DNA of 64,000 nucleotides, taken from the NCBI GenBank assembly GCA_030427965.1, contig JAUICD010000001.1, positions 82,625 to 146,624 on the forward strand, in the 5' to 3' direction. The DNA is from Bdellovibrionia bacterium (lineage in GTDB: Bacteria; Bdellovibrionota; Bdellovibrionia; Bdellovibrionales; JAUICD01). Within the stretch, counting starts at the first letter, position 1, and each line of letters starts with the position of its first letter. Position numbers and translations under genes: made by a program. Below the pieces are notes generated by a model, which saw nothing but the letters and a program-made list of their open reading frames with translations, did no database searches and was not told where the DNA came from. Of the stretch, positions 60,242 to 64,000 are shown piece by piece.

Positions 60242-60937
60242 GTGGAGAAAAATTTGAAATCAGAAGAGTTGCAATTAAAAATCATTCCAACAAGAAATCC
60301 AAAACCAGATTTTTATGAAGATTATACACAGGTGTTCAGTTGTTGGTTTGGAGTTTGGACGGAAACATATCGTGAGTTGAGCGGATCTGATCATTTGTCT
60401 TCAGATGACTTCACGCGCCAGGATGAGGCGCTTGCTCTTTTTTCCAAAGGAAAGTGTTTAGGCATGGTCTTTATGAGAAATGAAAATCTAGATAGCCCAG
60501 CAGTTATTCATGATTCTTACTTTGGTTCTTGGCCAGCATTTTTGGTTAATAGGTTAGCTCGTCATGGATCAAGTATGACAATTGTTAGCTATTTGACAGG
60601 TTCTCAAACTGCACGCGGTAATCCAATTGATGGTAAATTTAAAATGCAAGAAGTTTTGATGGCCCTCTCAGCTCTTCGGTTTTTAGATTTAAAAACTGAT
60701 GTAATGGTGGCAACTCCAAGAGTTGCAGTTGGTTCTGGAAATTCTTGTAAATTGGCAGGTTCTGAAGTCAGTTTCATGGGTAAACAAATGCACGGAGTGG
60801 ATATTGAATGTGTCGAGTTTTTGCCGAATCGGGTTAAGAAAATGAAGTTTTCTGATGTTGTCTACAAACTTTGGAATGAAAGAGTAACTTACGGTAGCAA
60901 TGAACTTAAATACAATTTAGAACTTTTAGGAGGATGA
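60242..60937 (+). CDS. putative GNAT-fold N-acyltransferase (N-acyl amino acid / autoinducer-synthase-like)
   Basis: No ATG start: GTG 60242, or TTG 60254 (6 nt after GGAG). The segment SSDDFTRQDEALALFSKGKCLGMVFMR resembles the D.fD..a.hl.v...g..vGt.Rl core of OlsB/N-acyl-amino-acid synthase/LuxI-like acyltransferases. Weak call. Confidence 0.35.
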   Translation: MEKNLKSEELQLKIIPTRNPKPDFYEDYTQVFSCWFGVWTETYRELSGSDHLSSDDFTRQDEALALFSKGKCLGMVFMRNENLDSPAVIHDSYFGSWPAFLVNRLARHGSSMTIVSYLTGSQTARGNPIDGKFKMQEVLMALSALRFLDLKTDVMVATPRVAVGSGNSCKLAGSEVSFMGKQMHGVDIECVEFLPNRVKKMKFSDVVYKLWNERVTYGSNELKYNLELLGG

Positions 60938-60938
60938 A

Positions 60939-61574
60939 ATGGATAAGGTAAAAGAAGCGGTCAGAGCTGAAATGGATGTAACAGGCCCCAAATTTCTTGG
61001 ATTAAACTGGGAAGATCCAGAAACGTATGGAATTTGGCTGAAGCAAACATATAATATGGTAAATTATTCTACAAGACTTGTGGCTCTTGCAGGTGCGTGG
61101 ACGGATCTTCCATTTGATTTTCTACATGATCGATTTGTTGATCACTCACGAGAAGAGAGAGGGCATCCAATTATGTGTATTCGGGATATGGAGCACTTGG
61201 GTTTCAATGTCGATGCATTTCCGGTTTTGTATGAATCAGAGGCTATGTATCAGTGCCAATATTTTTGGATTATGTGCAAAGACCCGGCATCTTTTTTTGG
61301 ATACACTTTGGCGTTGGAAACACTTGCTATTGAGTTTTGTGATGAAGTTTATGAAAGAGTGTCGAACGCACACGGGAAGAAGAGTGCAACATTTCTAAAA
61401 CTGCATTCAGGAGCTGATCATGAGCATACGGCAAGTGCTTACAAAGCGATTGCACAACTTAACGAAACTCAAATAGTTTCAGCATTAGAAAATCTTAAGT
61501 TGAGTTGCGAAATATATCGCGGAATGTTGGATCGAGTGAGTGAGTTGAAGGGTTCTTTAAAGCTGGCCGTGTAA
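60939..61574 (+). CDS. heme-oxygenase-like (TenA/PqqC/CADD-type) putative diiron redox enzyme
   Basis: Starts 1 nt after the upstream stop. All-helical composition with ligand-like motifs EERGH (aa 72-75), ALETLAIEF (aa 125-133) and HSGADHEH (aa 156-163, H-x3-D-x2-H). Confidence 0.5.
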   Translation: MDKVKEAVRAEMDVTGPKFLGLNWEDPETYGIWLKQTYNMVNYSTRLVALAGAWTDLPFDFLHDRFVDHSREERGHPIMCIRDMEHLGFNVDAFPVLYESEAMYQCQYFWIMCKDPASFFGYTLALETLAIEFCDEVYERVSNAHGKKSATFLKLHSGADHEHTASAYKAIAQLNETQIVSALENLKLSCEIYRGMLDRVSELKGSLKLAV

Positions 61575-61751
61575 GAAGCTATACAATTTGATATGGTGGG
61601 TTTTCAGAATAGAATTTGGTGAGGAGAAATTCTTCAGAATAGGTATCAAGAGCACTTTTTTCTATAACTGCTTTTTCTATAGCGATTGTTGCCACAGGCA
61701 TATTTTTTTTGAAAAGTGGGCCTCCGTAATGGAGGTCCACTTCAAGTTCGA

Positions 61752-62330
61752 TCAAGACAAGAAAGGTGAGCAGGATTCTTTGATTTTATACGGTGGAATC
61801 TTAAATGGTTTCATGTGGTTCCAGGTGCCAGTTTCAATTTGGTGAAACCACTTGCCTAAGTAGGCGATCGTAGAGTCATCGTATGTAAACAGCTCTTGAA
61901 TATCTTTGCAGTACAAAGATTCTAGGTCATAGCTGCTATAGCGGAAATAATTCAGATTTCTAAACAATTGTTTTGCTGAAAAATCGTGTATCTCGATTAC
62001 ATGGTCATTTTCAATGTATTCAAATAAGTCCGAGCTTGGGCGAAGCCCCAGTGACTTAATGCCTTGCCATGTAAATAACTTAGCATCTGACAGAGTGCCA
62101 CCCATTTTAGTTTTTTGGCAAATCTGTAAATAGGATCTTGCAGCATAAAGAGCGGTTATTTTCTCTTTAGGCTTAAGGGCGCTAAAAAATGGTAAATTTT
62201 CATTAAAATAAGGACGTACGTTTATTCCAATTTCTTTAGCAAGACTCGAGATTCCAAGAACCACATTAGAAAAGGCTTCTACTAGGTTATTATGGTCCTC
62301 TCTTTTAGATACGATCATAATCGACGACAT
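61752..62330 (-). CDS. hypothetical protein with PAS-like C-terminal half
   Basis: DHVIEIHDFSAKQLFRNLNYFRYSSYDLESLYCKDIQELF resembles the PAS core pattern (..i.y.N.a...l.gy..eEl.g). No other motif recognised. Confidence 0.35.
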   Translation of the reverse strand: MSSIMIVSKREDHNNLVEAFSNVVLGISSLAKEIGINVRPYFNENLPFFSALKPKEKITALYAARSYLQICQKTKMGGTLSDAKLFTWQGIKSLGLRPSSDLFEYIENDHVIEIHDFSAKQLFRNLNYFRYSSYDLESLYCKDIQELFTYDDSTIAYLGKWFHQIETGTWNHMKPFKIPPYKIKESCSPFLS

Positions 62331-62472
62331 TATTTTAGATTGGTGTGAAGATCAAGGAAATTGGATCTATTTTTCAGATGGTTGTGCTGTGGGTTTCTAT
62401 TCAGATAAAATTAACAAAGCTAAATAGAAATTATTGACATAGGCCGAAGAATATTTAGAAAATGGCAACAAG

Positions 62473-62751
62473 ATGTCAAAACACTTTGAACCACTAGGTC
62501 AGTTTTTAAGAAACGCAAGAATTTCGGCAGATCTCTCGCAAGATGAAGTTGCTCAAACCCTTGGATTTTCTTCTCCTCAGTTTATTTCCAATTGGGAGCG
62601 TGGCAAATGTAAGCCACCTCTTAAGTCGCTTGAGGAGCTTTGTTCCCTCTACAAAATTCAAAAACGTAAGATGATTGAAGAATTCATGAAATGTCATGAG
62701 CATGAGCTCAAATCTTACCTTAAACCCACACGTCGTGCTTCTGGCAACTAA
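62473..62751 (+). CDS. XRE-family helix-turn-helix transcriptional regulator
   Basis: LRNARISADLSQDEVAQTLGFSSPQFISNWERGK is a canonical HTH_3/XRE motif. 92 aa. Confidence 0.8.
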   Translation: MSKHFEPLGQFLRNARISADLSQDEVAQTLGFSSPQFISNWERGKCKPPLKSLEELCSLYKIQKRKMIEEFMKCHEHELKSYLKPTRRASGN

Positions 62752-62792
62752 CTCGGCTTAAGCCCAGTTTTATCTCATATTGATTCAATTTC

Positions 62793-62819
62793 TAAAGCCT
62801 CATTTTGAAACACCGATAG
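62793..62819 (+). promoter_or_regulatory. sigma-28 (FliA) promoter of the flagellin gene
   Basis: TAAAGCCT-N11-ACCGATAG versus consensus TAAAGTTT-N11-GCCGATAA. It lies ~90 nt upstream of the flagellin ATG. Confidence 0.7.
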
Positions 62820-62858
62820 GTTCTTTGTAGGAGAATTCGTCTTCTACGAGCAACCCAG

Positions 62859-62880
62859 AGGAACCACGGAATAGGTTCCT
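62859..62880 (+). promoter_or_regulatory. 5'-UTR hairpin presenting a GGA loop (CsrA-type site) upstream of a GGA-rich SD
   Basis: AGGAACC (62859-62865) / GGTTCCT (62874-62880) 7-bp stem with loop ACGGAATA. The SD region AAGGAGGAGGAG sits at ~62895-62906. Confidence 0.5.
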
Positions 62881-62909
62881 GGTAATTACTCTTCAAGGAG
62901 GAGGAGAAT

Positions 62910-63755
62910 ATGGGACTCAGAGTCAATACCAACGTAGCTTCGTTGAACGCTCAACGAAACTTATTTGGGACAAAGTTAAGACTTGATAAAAGTCTAGAAC
63001 GATTGTCCTCAGGTTACCGGATTAATAAAGCTGGTGACGATGCGGCAGGTTTGGCCATCTCGGAAAATCTCCGTGCTCAAATTAGGGGGCTCAAGCAGGC
63101 CAGCCGAAACGTCCAGGATAGTATTTCGCTGATCCAGGTCGCAGAAGGTGGACTGAATGAAACCTCAAGTATATTGATTCGGCTTCGTGAACTTGCAGTT
63201 CAAGCCGCATCAGATACTATTGGGCCGGTTGAGAGGCAGTTTTTGAATGTGGAATACGATCAGTTGGTCTCAGAGATCGACCGAATTGCAGATGCCACAG
63301 AATTTAACGGCACAAACCTACTTAATGGAACGGGAGCTATCCTGGATTTTCAGATCGGTATTCGTAACGATCCGTCAATTGATAGACTCTCATTTGATGC
63401 TTCCAAAGCAGATTCAAATTCGGCAGCACTAGGTGTAAATCTCACCTCGGTTGCAGATAAAGCATCTGCGCAAAACAGTCTTGCGGCTCTTGACGGTGCA
63501 ATTATGAACGTCAACGCCATGAGAGCTGATTTTGGAGCACTACAAAGTCGCCTTCAGTCGACATTTACGAACCTGCAGATCTCACATGAGAACTTATCTG
63601 CGGCAAACTCTCGGATTCGTGACGTAGATGTTGCAGAAGAGACGGCTGAGTTGACGAGAAATAATGTGTTATTACAAGCTGGTACTTCGGTTCTCGCGCA
63701 AGCGAACCAGTCCTCGTCTGTTGCACTATCACTCCTGAACCAGACATTTAGTTAA
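62910..63755 (+). CDS. fliC: flagellin
   Basis: MGLRVNTNVASLNAQRNL...LSSGYRINKAGDDAAGLAISE N-terminal D0/D1 and conserved C-terminus ...VLAQANQSSSVALSLL. Short (281 aa) variable region. Confidence 0.93.
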   Translation: MGLRVNTNVASLNAQRNLFGTKLRLDKSLERLSSGYRINKAGDDAAGLAISENLRAQIRGLKQASRNVQDSISLIQVAEGGLNETSSILIRLRELAVQAASDTIGPVERQFLNVEYDQLVSEIDRIADATEFNGTNLLNGTGAILDFQIGIRNDPSIDRLSFDASKADSNSAALGVNLTSVADKASAQNSLAALDGAIMNVNAMRADFGALQSRLQSTFTNLQISHENLSAANSRIRDVDVAEETAELTRNNVLLQAGTSVLAQANQSSSVALSLLNQTFS

Positions 63756-63865
63756 TAACTAAGTGTCACATGGTTTAAGAGCTCTAACTCGATTGATTTT
63801 TTGACTCGGGTAAAGCAGCAGCTGGGCAAACGCTAATTCTTTTTTCTGTTTCCTGCAAAACTGTA

Positions 63866-63898
63866 GGTGGGGGTGTTCAACACTCCCGCCATTTTTTT
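63866..63898 (+). terminator. rho-independent terminator after flagellin
   Basis: GGTGGGGGTG / CACTCCCGCC 10-bp stem (two G-U pairs) with loop TTCAA, followed by ATTTTTTT. Confidence 0.75.
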
Positions 63899-63938
63899 GC
63901 GACCATAGACCTGTTTCTCATTTTCTTACGCACCAATA

Positions 63939-63964
63939 TAAAACATTCGGAATTTATTGCCGAT
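63939..63964 (+). promoter_or_regulatory. possible second sigma-28 promoter reading out of the window
   Basis: TAAA-N16-GCCGAT (spacing one longer than consensus). No downstream gene is visible before the window ends. Confidence 0.3.
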
Positions 63965-64000
63965 CCATATTATAGCAGGATAGGCCTGCGAACTCGGTTT

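Noticed and set aside
61588-61845. 85-aa plus-strand ORF in the convergent spacer after the diiron-like gene.
   Set aside because: It runs through repeat and hairpin sequence into the 3' end of the opposite-strand gene. Its composition is Phe/Ile-rich, with no RBS.
1-64000. Looked for rRNA, tRNA (GGTTCGAATCC-type T-arms), tmRNA/SRP/RNase P signatures, CRISPR repeat arrays, IS elements, integrases and phage or defence-island hallmarks.
   Set aside because: No periodic repeats, no T-arm-like motifs outside coding sequence, and no transposase or integrase-like ORFs. By eye, nothing supports any of these. A proper tRNAscan/Infernal/ISfinder run could still find something small.

Overview
AT-rich (by eye), densely coding bacterial chromosome segment. 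I recognise no rRNA, tRNA, CRISPR array, transposase or integrase. TTG/GTG starts and 1-14 nt gene overlaps are common. Most genes are housekeeping: CDF transporter, ggt, trmB, trxB, an Opp/Dpp-like ABC set, adenine deaminase, a lipA-E2-E3-lipB operon with an unlinked AceE-like E1, exbBD, maf-yggS-proC, egtBD, divIVA, yggU, bfr/bfd, thyA-folA, an S8 protease and a flagellin with a sigma-28 promoter. Gene content (many lipoproteins and outer-membrane beta-barrels, a secreted protease, DivIVA and Tad-type components in a Gram-negative context) suggests a Bdellovibrionota or Bacteriovoracaceae-like organism; this is inference only. The best candidate for an undescribed system is a six-gene, translationally coupled minus-strand operon (35654-42026). 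It encodes an orphan TadC-like platform protein, a DUF192 protein, three membrane-anchored FHA proteins (four FHA domains in total, one on a sensor-like 2TM module) and a PP2C-like protein whose catalytic aspartate motifs look substituted. No kinase, Tad ATPase, secretin or pilin is nearby. The second candidate is a small island at 59.3-62.8 kb: an N-acyltransferase-like gene plus a heme-oxygenase-like diiron gene, flanked by a degenerate kinase-like protein, a PAS-like protein and an XRE regulator. Smaller observations: two beta-barrel proteins with polybasic tails after an internal beta-signal, an untracked 35-aa basic ORF, a CsrA-type flagellin leader, an Opp-like operon without permeases, and a ybjQ remnant. 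All family calls come from motif reading, not database searches.
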